64,000 nucleotides of DNA from an uncultured Flavobacteriales bacterium (GTDB lineage: Bacteria; Bacteroidota; Bacteroidia; Flavobacteriales_D; Sanyastnellaceae): positions 12,292 through 76,291 of the forward strand of contig CALJFZ010000029.1 in the NCBI GenBank assembly GCA_938074325.1, in the 5' to 3' direction. Shown here in pieces: positions 8,198 to 17,636 of this stretch. Position numbers and translations under genes: made by a program. The first letter of the stretch is position 1. Every line of letters begins with the position of its first letter. A model generated the notes under the pieces. That model had not been told where the DNA came from. It searched no databases and saw only the letters and a program-made list of their open reading frames with translations.

Positions 8198-8872
8198 ATG
8201 GAATCACGCATTCTTCTTGCGGACAGCAGTCCTGTGTTTCGATACGGTCTTGAGAACATTTTGAAAGCTGAGGGGAAGTGCGAAGCAATTGATCATGCCG
8301 AGAATGGCGAGGAGTTGGAAAAGCTCGTGACAAGTTCCGAATACGAGTTGGTCATCATCGACTGCATGGCGCCCAACTTTGCGGTGGATAACGTACTCCA
8401 TTGCCAACGTATCCGTCCCGGTCTGAAAATGTTGGCCATTACAGCAGCGCACAGTGGACAAAGTATTGTACATGCCTTGCGAGCTGGAATCACGAGTTAT
8501 GTCAAAAAGGATTGCAGCATGGAGGAAGTGCTCGAAGCCATAGATGAAACACGGGATGGAGGCACCTTCTTTTGCGGCCAGATTCTCGCTGCGATCGAGT
8601 CGGAGGCCATTCCCGTCGACAATCTTCAGCCGGCGGACGCAAGTTGCGACCCTGTTGTCTTGTCCAACCGAGAAATCGAAGTGTTGACCCTCATTTCCGA
8701 GGGAATGACCAATGTGCAGATCGCTGATAAGCTTTTCCTTTCCGGGCATACAGTGAACACGCATCGGAAAAATATCATGCACAAGTTGCGCGTTAACAAC
8801 ACAGCAGCCATGGTCATGTATGCGGTGAAGTCGGGTTTTGTAAGTCCGAACCGCTTCTTGTTCCATCAATAG
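8198..8872 (+). CDS. LuxR/NarL-family response regulator (orphan, no adjacent histidine kinase)
   Basis: Receiver domain (VIIDCMAP acceptor Asp, LAIT, YVKKD) plus C-terminal HTH SNREIEVLTLISEGMTNVQIADKLFLSGHTVNTHRKNIMHKL. Confidence 0.85.
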   Translation: MESRILLADSSPVFRYGLENILKAEGKCEAIDHAENGEELEKLVTSSEYELVIIDCMAPNFAVDNVLHCQRIRPGLKMLAITAAHSGQSIVHALRAGITSYVKKDCSMEEVLEAIDETRDGGTFFCGQILAAIESEAIPVDNLQPADASCDPVVLSNREIEVLTLISEGMTNVQIADKLFLSGHTVNTHRKNIMHKLRVNNTAAMVMYAVKSGFVSPNRFLFHQ

Positions 8873-8959
8873 TTAAATATGACTATTGAAACCGTGTAAT
8901 TTGGACAATGGCCTTTAAAAACCGACTTTTGCGGCGTGCTAAAAACCGACGATAGCCCG

Positions 8960-10027
8960 ATGATGATTGATACAAAGCCCTCCTTCGACATTCACCAAAC
9001 CGAGACTTCTCGTCTCGAACAGGTTGACTTTGAAAACCTAGATTTTGGCCGGGTCTTTTCCGATCACATGTTCGTCATGGAATACGAGAACGGAGTTTGG
9101 CAACGCGGCAAAATCGAGCCGTACGGACCTTTCACCATGAGTCCAGCCTCCATGGTCTTCCACTACGGCCAAGCGATTTTCGAAGGCATGAAGGCCTACC
9201 GCAGTGAGAATGGGGACGTAACCCTGTTCCGACCAGGGAAAAACATCGCACGATTCAACCAGTCCGCAACACGCATGTGCATGCCCACGGTTCCGGAAGA
9301 TATTTTCATGGAAGCACTGGCCGCGTTGGTAAAGTTGGACCAAAACTGGGTGCCAGGAGGAGATGACGCATCGTTGTACATCCGACCGTTTATGATCGCT
9401 ACAGATTCCTACGTCGGAGTCAAGGCAAGTGACAAGTATGCATTCAGTATTTTCACCTGTCCGGTAGGAGCCTACTACAAGGGGTCTGTGAAAGTCAAGG
9501 TGGAGCGAAAGTTCACCCGAGCTGCAGAAGGTGGTACGGGGTATGCGAAGGCAGCCGGTAATTACGCTGGGTCGCTTTACCCATCCATGCTGGCTCGCAA
9601 AGAAGGGTACGACCAACTGATTTGGACCGATGCCAAAAACCACGAGTACATCGAGGAGAGTGGCACGATGAATGCCATGTTCGTTGTTGATGGAACTTTG
9701 GTCTCACCACAGACAAGCGAAACCATTTTGGACGGTGTCACACGAAATTCCGTGTTGCAACTCGCAGAAGACTTGGGCATTCCTGTCGAAATTCGGCGCA
9801 TCACGGTGGAAGAATTGCGAAAGGGCCTCGCAGTAGGCAAGGTCACAGAGGCTTTTGGGGTTGGAACTGCAGCCACCATTAAGCCCATCGACGAAATTGG
9901 CATTGACGGCATCAATTACCCACTGCACGCTTCAACTCCATCCGTATCTTCTCTGTTGCTCAATGAACTCGATGGCATTCGCAGAGGTAAAATCGAAGAT
10001 CGACATAACTGGAACATTCCCGTTTGA
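8960..10027 (+). CDS. ilvE: branched-chain amino acid aminotransferase
   Basis: Class IV aminotransferase pattern (FEGMKAYR, LYIRPF, EESGTMNAMFV, LDGVTRNSVL). The start is ambiguous between GTG 8936 and ATG 8960. Confidence 0.85.
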   Translation: MMIDTKPSFDIHQTETSRLEQVDFENLDFGRVFSDHMFVMEYENGVWQRGKIEPYGPFTMSPASMVFHYGQAIFEGMKAYRSENGDVTLFRPGKNIARFNQSATRMCMPTVPEDIFMEALAALVKLDQNWVPGGDDASLYIRPFMIATDSYVGVKASDKYAFSIFTCPVGAYYKGSVKVKVERKFTRAAEGGTGYAKAAGNYAGSLYPSMLARKEGYDQLIWTDAKNHEYIEESGTMNAMFVVDGTLVSPQTSETILDGVTRNSVLQLAEDLGIPVEIRRITVEELRKGLAVGKVTEAFGVGTAATIKPIDEIGIDGINYPLHASTPSVSSLLLNELDGIRRGKIEDRHNWNIPV

Positions 10028-11532
10028 AGTGTTTGTTTTCCATCAATAAGCAGTCCGCCTTCGGCTTTTGGGAGCTGGGCTTTACCGCACTGTTCACTCT
10101 AGCCTGCGCCCACGCATCTATTGCCCAAAGCAGGCACCTGACAGCAGGCACCGGAGCCACGCCTATGTCCTTGTCGGGAGACTACCGCTCACTTGGATGG
10201 AATCCGGGGCAATTGACCTTCTCACCGTTATTGGCAGATGAATGGAAATCAGCGGCCGGGGGACTCGAATTCGGCGCCAGAATTAGCTCCAACGTACTTG
10301 AAAGAGAGGATGTCTGGGATGGTATATTAGGGAGGAACACGGACGAGAGCGCGATTTGGAGCCAAGAGGATTGGTCCGATTATGTAGAGCTGCTTTCCAA
10401 TTCAAGCTTGGCGATCAATGCAGACGTAGTATCAGCCGCATCAGCCAAGCGATGGAGAAGTTGGGGCTTTGCCTACTCCAACACGCAGCATTTTCAAGCC
10501 GAAGCATTTTTCGGTGGCAATACCATGGCCTTGCTCGTTCAGGGCAACTCTCCCCAATGGTTGTCATTGTTCGATGCATTTATTACTGCTACTGGCGACA
10601 CCATCGCCAACGATGGAAGCCAAACAGCGGAAGAAATGTCGAATGCCATAGGCGGCATCAATTTCGATGCGGATGCTTTGCTTTCTGAGGTGTTGGGTGA
10701 CACCCGCTTGGGTTTCTCTTGGTACCGAAGCCACTGTATCGGTTTGGCAAAAGCTTGGGAGTTGGGTGATGTCATATTGCATACAGGCCTGAGCGGTAGA
10801 CTCTTGCTTGGAAACGGCTATTTCGCAGTTCAAAACACCGAAGAAGGCTTGGATGCCTTTGGCGCATTTTCCAATGGGTTCAACGTCGCACGTATTGCCG
10901 CTTTAACAAATGGATTGCCCACTGAGTTTGATCAAGTGCGCACGTGGGGACCAGTTGGGCAGGGTTGGGGCATTGATGTCGGCGGGGTGGTAGAATGGAA
11001 GGACATGGCCTGGGCGTCGGCATCAGTGACTGACATCGGGAGCATGGAATGGAGAGGAGAGTCCTACAGCGTCAACAGCGCACTCATGAATTGGAACTCG
11101 CCGGTAGCGAATCCGTCAAGCATTGCTAACATCGTGATCGGCGCCATGGATCCGGGAACATGGTTTGAAGAAGCCGACTATGAAATTCGTCAGGTCCCAC
11201 TTGGTGCGACTTTTCACTTAGGCGGTGGAGTGTACGTTGGGGACTTCATGCTGTTAGCGGCGGAGGCGGCATTTGACAACCCTGAATTGATGGGAAATGC
11301 TGGGACGCGTTTTGGTGCCTCAGCCATTTTCCGACCGGTCCGCTTTTTCCAGGCGGATATTGGACTCAGTAAATGGGGGGATGAAACAACTCGTGTGCCC
11401 GCGGGGTTAATGGTGAAAACAGGCAAAAAAGGATTCGAATGTGGTATTCAAGCTACGGACATTCAAGCATTGTGGAGACTGTCACAACCCGAGGTTGGTT
11501 TCAGAATGGTCGCCATGCGTTGGGTATGGTGA
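10024..11532 (+). CDS. hypothetical exported protein, possible outer-membrane beta-barrel
   Basis: Hydrophobic N-terminus ending ...ACAHASIAQ, Gly/aromatic-rich alternating segments, and an aromatic C-terminus (RWVW). TTG start, so the start is uncertain. No motif I can name. Confidence 0.5.
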   Translation: MKCLFSINKQSAFGFWELGFTALFTLACAHASIAQSRHLTAGTGATPMSLSGDYRSLGWNPGQLTFSPLLADEWKSAAGGLEFGARISSNVLEREDVWDGILGRNTDESAIWSQEDWSDYVELLSNSSLAINADVVSAASAKRWRSWGFAYSNTQHFQAEAFFGGNTMALLVQGNSPQWLSLFDAFITATGDTIANDGSQTAEEMSNAIGGINFDADALLSEVLGDTRLGFSWYRSHCIGLAKAWELGDVILHTGLSGRLLLGNGYFAVQNTEEGLDAFGAFSNGFNVARIAALTNGLPTEFDQVRTWGPVGQGWGIDVGGVVEWKDMAWASASVTDIGSMEWRGESYSVNSALMNWNSPVANPSSIANIVIGAMDPGTWFEEADYEIRQVPLGATFHLGGGVYVGDFMLLAAEAAFDNPELMGNAGTRFGASAIFRPVRFFQADIGLSKWGDETTRVPAGLMVKTGKKGFECGIQATDIQALWRLSQPEVGFRMVAMRWVW

Positions 11533-12134
11533 GCTTAATGGTGATTTCGCTTTTGCATTCCAACCTTGTCACTTCCCAAACTACCTCGATGACTGAAGAA
11601 AGTTCCGTAAAAACCATTGCCCTTGGTGCTGGGTGCTTTTGGTGCGTTGAAGCTGTTTTCGAACAGTTAAATGGCGTATTATCTGCTGAGTCAGGCTACA
11701 TGGGTGGTCACATCAAAAACCCAGCATACCGTGAAGTTTGCACTGGTCGCACAGGCCATGCCGAAGTCGTAAAAGTGACGTACGACGCGGACAAAATCGG
11801 GCTCGCATCCTTGCTGGAGGTTTTCTTTGCAACGCACGATCCTACGACATTGAATCGCCAAGGCGCCGATGTGGGTACACAATACAGGTCCGCAATCTTT
11901 TTCAATTCTGAGGACGAGCGCAAAGTGGCTCATTCGGCCATCGAAAAAGCCCAACCCCGCTATACCGCTAAGATTGTGACGGAAGTGTCACCCGTTGAGC
12001 CGTTCTATCCAGCTGAAGATTACCATCAAGCCTATTACGAATTGAACGGCGAAGCCCCGTACTGCAAAGCGGTGATCGCACCAAAGATGAAGAAATTTCG
12101 AAGCGAGTTTGAGCCTTTGCTAAAGCTCAACTGA
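11526..12134 (+). CDS. msrA: peptide-methionine (S)-S-oxide reductase MsrA
   Basis: Active-site GAGCFWCVEAVF plus GHAEVVKVTYD and YHQAYY. ATG 11526 overlaps the upstream stop and would give a hydrophobic leader. Alternative cytosolic start at ATG 11589. Confidence 0.85.
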   Translation: MVSLMVISLLHSNLVTSQTTSMTEESSVKTIALGAGCFWCVEAVFEQLNGVLSAESGYMGGHIKNPAYREVCTGRTGHAEVVKVTYDADKIGLASLLEVFFATHDPTTLNRQGADVGTQYRSAIFFNSEDERKVAHSAIEKAQPRYTAKIVTEVSPVEPFYPAEDYHQAYYELNGEAPYCKAVIAPKMKKFRSEFEPLLKLN

Positions 12135-12135
12135 C

Positions 12136-12690
12136 TCACTCTGCTTCTGACTCTTCGATGAGTTGATCAAGCAGCGCCTCAATTTCCTGTAGCTCTTGCT
12201 TGGTGATCGCATCATTTGCTTTTGCCATTTTCTTCATGTGCTTGTACATGGCGCTTTTACGCACTTCCATGGCAACATAGACCGTGTAGCTACCATCGTC
12301 AGCTAGGTATTTTTCATTGCCAATGATGCGAATGTCCGCAAGCTTCGTACTGGTGATCTCCCTTGCCAATGTTTCGAACCGATTCATAGCGTCATCAACG
12401 TGCTCACCTGTGGTCGTGCGCTGGTAGTCGTCAGTAACCACCTCGAAATATGTTTGAACTTGTTGGGCAAGTTGCTGTCGGGCCCGCATCTCCGCTTGGC
12501 TTTGCGCCACCTGGTCCATATTACTCGTCCCCTTACCTGTGCTTCTATAAAAGCGGTTGTTGGACTCATACTTGGATCCTGAAAATGGCTCCTTTACTGT
12601 CTTACCGAGTGGATTCGAGCAACCGGTGACGAGAAAGAAGGTCAGCGGCAACAAAAGGAACAGGGATAAGTTATTATTCAGCGTGCGCAT
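12136..12690 (-). CDS. lipoprotein, LPP20-like
   Basis: Lipobox LVTGC after a hydrophobic leader (start ATG at 12690). The helical region QAEMRARQQLAQQVQTYFEVV resembles LPP20-type lipoproteins. Confidence 0.5.
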   Translation of the reverse strand: MRTLNNNLSLFLLLPLTFFLVTGCSNPLGKTVKEPFSGSKYESNNRFYRSTGKGTSNMDQVAQSQAEMRARQQLAQQVQTYFEVVTDDYQRTTTGEHVDDAMNRFETLAREITSTKLADIRIIGNEKYLADDGSYTVYVAMEVRKSAMYKHMKKMAKANDAITKQELQEIEALLDQLIEESEAE

Positions 12691-12753
12691 GGGATTTCGT
12701 TTTAGATAGTTCGTACGATGCGAATGTCGTGCCAAACTTCGCATTAAATTTGT

Positions 12754-13326
12754 GTGGACACCAAAGCCGTGAGATTTTTACCAACATCCATCCGTCTGCG
12801 TGTGGCTGAGCGCATGTTACGCTCCATGAAAAAGGATGCGCGAACGAAGAAAGGGGTGAACCTCAGAGGAGCCCGTGACATCATCTTGACCTACACTGAG
12901 ACAGACGAGCGGAAATTCAAGTTGGTAAAGGACATCGCTCTCTATTTGAAGAAGGAGTATGACATCAAACGGGTCATGCGATTTGCCTACATCGCCGCAG
13001 AACAGAAAGCCGTGCCTGCCTGGCACATGCGGAAATTGGAGTCAGACTTTTTCTGCGAATCAGATCTGAATTGGTACCAACGGCCGGTGAAAAATGTGGA
13101 GTCTCATGTAAATGAGCCCTATGATATTTTGATTCATTTGGACCCCGATGAATCGTATGGATTGGATTTTTTCGTTGCCAGTTCAAAGGCGAAAATGAAG
13201 GTCGCTAACTTCTCGAAATCACGGCCCAGTGATTTTGACATTCTCATTCCTTCGGACCCGAAAGATTCCTGGAAACAGCGCAATCACCGCATCATTGAAT
13301 TCATTGGAGACTCGCCTTTGTCATGA
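12754..13326 (+). CDS. conserved hypothetical protein
   Basis: Clean ORF whose stop overlaps the next ATG (ATGA at 13323-13326). No motif recognised. Start uncertain (GTG 12754, or ATG 12814/12826). Confidence 0.5.
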   Translation: MDTKAVRFLPTSIRLRVAERMLRSMKKDARTKKGVNLRGARDIILTYTETDERKFKLVKDIALYLKKEYDIKRVMRFAYIAAEQKAVPAWHMRKLESDFFCESDLNWYQRPVKNVESHVNEPYDILIHLDPDESYGLDFFVASSKAKMKVANFSKSRPSDFDILIPSDPKDSWKQRNHRIIEFIGDSPLS

Positions 13327-14243
13327 ATAAGAACATTAGACTGAGTGGAATGGGGGTCAATTTGGTCACCCCATTCAATGCAGCAGGAGAAATTGACTAC
13401 CCTGCATTGGAGCGACTGGTCCGAAAAATCAAGGCCTCTCCCGTTGAATTCATAGCAGTTAATGGCAGCGCCTCTGAGGCTGGGCTCTTAAGCCAAGAAG
13501 AATGCATGCGCACGTTGGAATTTGTTTCGGAGATCAATAACGGAACCAAGGTATTGATTGGCGGCCTCCCTGGAAGTGATACCCGCAGCAGTGTGCAACG
13601 TATCGCTACCTTTCCAAAACATACAACGTGCGCGGCTATTTGGTGCCACGAACCCCTGCCCAACGCCACCTCAGCTTCAGGATTCCTCGGGCACTTTCGA
13701 AGCCTGGCTCAAGCCTCGCCTTTGCCCATCATTGTTGAACACCGCACGGGCTCCTTCCCGCAAGCAGCGGAGGTCTTGATCGCCTTGTCAAAGGAGTTGA
13801 ATGTGTGTGGAATCGTTGAGGCCACAGGGGACGTCGCCCTCAATGGGGAATTGGTGCGGCGCACACCGGACAGAACCTTCACCCTGACAAGCAGGGACGT
13901 AATGACCTTACCGCTCATGGCTTTGGGCATAGATGGAGCCGTTTCTACCATCGCTAATGCATTCCCAAATGAATGCAGCGACATGATGGGTCAAATGGAG
14001 TTTGGGAATTTCCAAGAAGCACGAACCATCCACCACGCCATCGCACCGCTCCTCCGAATCCTCGAAACAGAAGGAGGGGCGTCGGGAATGAAGGCCATCC
14101 TGAATCACTTCAACTGGATGGAGAACCTGGTGCGCCTTCCAAACACACCTGTATCTGAAGATATTCGAAGCGCGATTTACCGCGAATTGGCAGACTTGCC
14201 GCAACGCATGGTTGAAAGCGCAATGATTGTGGCAGACGCTTAA
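13323..14243 (+). CDS. DapA/NAL-family (class I aldolase fold) homologue lacking the Schiff-base lysine
   Basis: Collinear with dihydrodipicolinate synthase (VNLVTPFNAAGEIDYPALERLV..., GIVEATGD). The canonical GIKEA Lys is Val165 (GTT 13815-13817), LYNVPxRTG reads IVEHRTG, and GTTGE reads GSASE. Confidence 0.7.
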   Translation: MNKNIRLSGMGVNLVTPFNAAGEIDYPALERLVRKIKASPVEFIAVNGSASEAGLLSQEECMRTLEFVSEINNGTKVLIGGLPGSDTRSSVQRIATFPKHTTCAAIWCHEPLPNATSASGFLGHFRSLAQASPLPIIVEHRTGSFPQAAEVLIALSKELNVCGIVEATGDVALNGELVRRTPDRTFTLTSRDVMTLPLMALGIDGAVSTIANAFPNECSDMMGQMEFGNFQEARTIHHAIAPLLRILETEGGASGMKAILNHFNWMENLVRLPNTPVSEDIRSAIYRELADLPQRMVESAMIVADA

Positions 14244-15223
14244 GCGACTGTCCCTGCAAAGCGCATGACGTCCTCGACCTTGGCCTCAATAGCCTTGGCG
14301 TTGAGGCCGTACTTTTCCATCAATTGTGCCGGTGTTCCGCTTTCACCAAAGGAATCCTCAACAGCCACCTGACGCATAGGAGTTGGATGATGTTCAGCTA
14401 GCAACTGAGCAACCATAGAACCCAATCCGCCAATTCGTTGGTGTTCTTCAGCCACAACAACGCAGCCTGTGCGCTTTACCGAATCCAAGATGGTTTGACC
14501 GTCAAGGGGCTTGATGGTGTGCACATTGATCACTTCGGCACGAACTCCGCGATCGAGCAGCGCTTGGCTCGCGAGCATCGCTTCCCATACCAAGTGCCCC
14601 GTCGCGACAATCGTGACATCGTTTCCTTCGGTCAACACTTGCGCTTTTCCAATCTCAAAGGGGGCGTCGGCTCGCATGAATACCGGCACCTTAGGACGGC
14701 CAAAACGCAAGTAAACGGGGCCTTCATGTTGGGCCACTGCAAGCGTTGCTTGACGGGTCTGCTCGAAATCAGCTGTGCAGATGACCGTCATGTGCGGCAG
14801 CATAGACATCATCCCCATGTCTTCAAGGATTTGATGCGTTGCACCGTCTTCTCCCAACGTGAGCCCCGCATGGGAAGCACAAATCTTGACATTCTTTCCC
14901 GAGTATGCAATGGACTGGCGGATTTGGTCATAAACGCGACCGGTCGAGAAATTCGCGAATGTTCCAGTAAAAGGGATTTTCCCACCAATGGTCATGCCGG
15001 CTGCCACGCCCATCATGTTGGCTTCGGCAATCCCAACTTGAAAGAACCGTTCGGGAAACGCGTTTTTGAAGCCACCCATTTTCAATGAGCCTGTGAGATC
15101 AGCGCAAAGGGCCACAATGTCGTCGTTTGCTTGCCCTGCCTGGAGCAAACCTTCGCCAAAACCACTTCGGGTGTCTTTAGATACCTCGGGAGTGAGGGAG
15201 TCGATGTAGCGTGAATTAACCAT
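14240..15223 (-). CDS. transketolase, C-terminal (pyrimidine-binding + C-terminal domain) subunit
   Basis: FGEGLLQAG..., QVGIAEANMMGVAAG, THQILEDMGMM and EHQRIGGLGS. Start set at ATG 15223. The longer 434-aa ORF would run through the vWA gene. Confidence 0.88.
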   Translation of the reverse strand: MVNSRYIDSLTPEVSKDTRSGFGEGLLQAGQANDDIVALCADLTGSLKMGGFKNAFPERFFQVGIAEANMMGVAAGMTIGGKIPFTGTFANFSTGRVYDQIRQSIAYSGKNVKICASHAGLTLGEDGATHQILEDMGMMSMLPHMTVICTADFEQTRQATLAVAQHEGPVYLRFGRPKVPVFMRADAPFEIGKAQVLTEGNDVTIVATGHLVWEAMLASQALLDRGVRAEVINVHTIKPLDGQTILDSVKRTGCVVVAEEHQRIGGLGSMVAQLLAEHHPTPMRQVAVEDSFGESGTPAQLMEKYGLNAKAIEAKVEDVMRFAGTVA

Positions 15224-16622
15224 TGAGAGAAAGATGTGTAGTGAATCCGGATCGGATATTGATTGACTTGCTTGAAGAAAAGGCCATGGAGCGAGCTGCA
15301 CGAGAGCGGTACACCACCGTGTAATCTCCAGGCTGAAGGAGGAATCTACCAGAAGGGTTTCGCGTACCCTCGTCCCACTTGTAAACAACTTGGCCCGAAT
15401 CGCTGAGGATGGTTCCATAGCCTGCTGCAGCAACGTCAAGCTGCAAGTACCCGGGTTGGGGAATGATGACAGGTGCATCCACCCCTTCTTTGACCTGAAC
15501 GTTCTTGAGTCGAACAGGGGGGAAGGTCGGGAAGTACACGTCATATGTGCCGGCTAATACCTTTACGCGATCATTCAATCCCAGGGTAATAAGAGGCTCA
15601 GCACTGTCCGGCAAAAACAGGGTGATAGGCAAATCCCCGTATGCATTTCGCTCACCCCGCGCAAATTGCGGAATGAGGGTTCCTTGGCCTGCGTTTTCGA
15701 ATCGAACGTGATTGTGCTTCCTTGGCGTGAAGCGGACTGCATTGCGCTCCAGAGGCGGCACGGTATGGACGACAACGCGGTAAGTAGGCACGGGATCAAC
15801 AGGAATCGTATCTGGAACGCTTCCCGGACCTAACGTATGCACAAATCGCTCTAGCAGGGCTCCGCTGTGCTCATCGTACAGGCTGGTTGCCACATTTGAA
15901 ATCGACGCTGCCCCATCACCATCAATGAGGTCCACCTCAAACGACGTGTCTAGCATAGCTTGCTCAATGACGATGTCCAACACTTCCTGAAACGTCTCCG
16001 GATCAGTGGCGTCGAAGAAATTCCCCACGCAGCGGAAAGTATCCTTGTACTCTTCTTCCAGGCCAATTCCAATGATGAACGGCTTGACGACAATGCCCTC
16101 ATCCTGCAGCATCCGCGATACGGCACATGGGTCTTCGTCACAGGCCTCGATTCCATCTGTGATCAACACGATGACTTTCCGAGCATCTTCAGCGGGGAAA
16201 TCCTCTGCTGTCCTTTCAAGGGATCGAGCAATGGGGGTGGTGCCCCGGGCCTGAATTCGGCCCAACGCTTTTTGAATCAACAGGTTATTGCCTTCCGCAA
16301 GTGGCACTACCAATTCCGTATCATCACAATCTTGTTCCCCTTGTACAAACTGTGTTTGGTGGCCGTAAACGCGGAGACCCAACTTCAATCCGGGAATACC
16401 GTACAAGCTGGAGAGCGACTCAGAGAGAAGTGAAGTAGCCACTTCAATTTTACGCTTGCCCTCCCAATAAGCATTCATGCTATTCGAAGCATCAAAGACA
16501 AACAAAATATGCGTGTTGCCTTCAATGGGTTCGGACTCGGATGTTTGGCCATTGGCCAAGGCGAAAGCAAACCATGCAAAACACAAGGCCAGAACTGTCC
16601 TATGGGTTGCGAACTTGCTCAC
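15216..16622 (-). CDS. secreted von Willebrand factor A (vWA) domain protein
   Basis: Signal peptide ...AFALANGQ. MIDAS motif in ILFVFDASNSMNAYW, then VIVLITDGIEACDEDPC, followed by a ~230-aa beta-rich C-terminal region. Confidence 0.78.
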   Translation of the reverse strand: MSKFATHRTVLALCFAWFAFALANGQTSESEPIEGNTHILFVFDASNSMNAYWEGKRKIEVATSLLSESLSSLYGIPGLKLGLRVYGHQTQFVQGEQDCDDTELVVPLAEGNNLLIQKALGRIQARGTTPIARSLERTAEDFPAEDARKVIVLITDGIEACDEDPCAVSRMLQDEGIVVKPFIIGIGLEEEYKDTFRCVGNFFDATDPETFQEVLDIVIEQAMLDTSFEVDLIDGDGAASISNVATSLYDEHSGALLERFVHTLGPGSVPDTIPVDPVPTYRVVVHTVPPLERNAVRFTPRKHNHVRFENAGQGTLIPQFARGERNAYGDLPITLFLPDSAEPLITLGLNDRVKVLAGTYDVYFPTFPPVRLKNVQVKEGVDAPVIIPQPGYLQLDVAAAGYGTILSDSGQVVYKWDEGTRNPSGRFLLQPGDYTVVYRSRAARSMAFSSSKSINIRSGFTTHLSLNG

Positions 16623-16650
16623 GTCTAAATCCAGCGCTGTTTTCTTTGAA

Positions 16651-17493
16651 TCAGTAGTCGTCCAAACCCGATGTCAACTGTGCCAATGCAGAAGCCAATT
16701 GGTCGTCGTTAGGAGCAATGCCATGCCACTCGTGGGTTCCTTCCATGAAATCCACTCCTTTGCCCATTTCGGTTTTCATGAGCACCACGGTGGGGCGCCC
16801 GGTTCCGCGGTTCTCTTTCGCCTTCGCAATAGCGTTGCGAAGCGCGTCAAAATCATGGCCATCACAAGTCAAAACATGCCAATTAAAGGCAGCCCATTTA
16901 CCTGCGAGGTCCCCAAGGTTCATGACGTCATCTGTTGACCCGTCGATTTGTTGGCCGTTGCAATCCACGAAGCTGATCAGGTTGTCGACTCCGTGATGCG
17001 GAGCGTACATCGCCGCTTCCCAAATTTGACCTTCCTGCAACTCGCCGTCGCCGTGGAGAGAAAACACCCAAGTGGATTCACCGTTGAGCTTCTTCACTTG
17101 AGCTGCACCAATGGCCGCGCTCAACCCTTGACCCAGTGAGCCCGAAGCAATGCGAATACCCGGCAATCCCTCTTCTGTGGCGGGGTGTCCTTGCAGGCGG
17201 GTATTTAACTTGCGAAAGGTCGCCAACTCCTCCACAGGGAAATAACCTCGTCGACTGAGAACTGAATACCACACGGGGCTGATGTGCCCGTTTGACAGGA
17301 AGAACAAATCTTCTTCGCGTCCGTCCATATCGAAAGCACTTGGGTCAATGCCCATTACCTCGAAATAAAGCAATGTGATCAGATCAGCACAACCGAGGCT
17401 TCCACCGGGGTGCCCAGAGGCAGCACCGTGCACCATTCGAACGATGTCGCGGCGCACTTGAGTGGCCATTTGATTCAGCGCTTGTTGTTCCAT
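16651..17493 (-). CDS. transketolase, N-terminal (TPP-binding) subunit
   Basis: GHPGGSLGCADLITLLYF, GSLGQGLSAAIGAA and HGDGELQEGQIWEAAMYA. Start set at ATG 17493 (MEQQALNQ...). Confidence 0.88.
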   Translation of the reverse strand: MEQQALNQMATQVRRDIVRMVHGAASGHPGGSLGCADLITLLYFEVMGIDPSAFDMDGREEDLFFLSNGHISPVWYSVLSRRGYFPVEELATFRKLNTRLQGHPATEEGLPGIRIASGSLGQGLSAAIGAAQVKKLNGESTWVFSLHGDGELQEGQIWEAAMYAPHHGVDNLISFVDCNGQQIDGSTDDVMNLGDLAGKWAAFNWHVLTCDGHDFDALRNAIAKAKENRGTGRPTVVLMKTEMGKGVDFMEGTHEWHGIAPNDDQLASALAQLTSGLDDY

Positions 17494-17636
17494 GGAGGGG
17501 TAACGTATTATTGGGTTGAAAACGTGCGTAAAACTACCGCAGAAGTCCATCCTCATGCGCGAATTGTTGAGAAAGTGTGAAAACCAATTGTCTCGGTCTA
17601 CCTACCTTCGCAACTCCTTAAAAACCTCCCATTCTC

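Noticed and set aside
8204-8869. A 221-codon ORF running exactly antisense to the whole LuxR-family regulator gene (8198-8872), which could suggest an overlapping or antisense gene.
   Set aside because: It lies in the codon-aligned antisense frame, where stops arise only from TTA/CTA/TCA sense codons. Its openness therefore just reflects codon bias of the sense gene. The translation has no recognisable motif, whereas the sense strand is a clear receiver plus HTH protein.
8198-8872. A possible atypical (phosphorylation-independent) receiver domain, because the N-terminal acidic pair reads AD-SS rather than DD.
   Set aside because: The acceptor Asp (VIIDCMAP), the Thr (LAIT) and the Lys (YVKKD) are all present. 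One acidic residue remains in the first loop, so there is not enough evidence to call it atypical.
14240-15544. A 434-aa ORF suggesting a longer transketolase C-subunit overlapping the vWA gene by ~330 nt.
   Set aside because: Homology to transketolase begins only at MVNSRYIDSL (ATG 15223). The upstream 107 codons read as noise and lie inside the well-supported vWA CDS.
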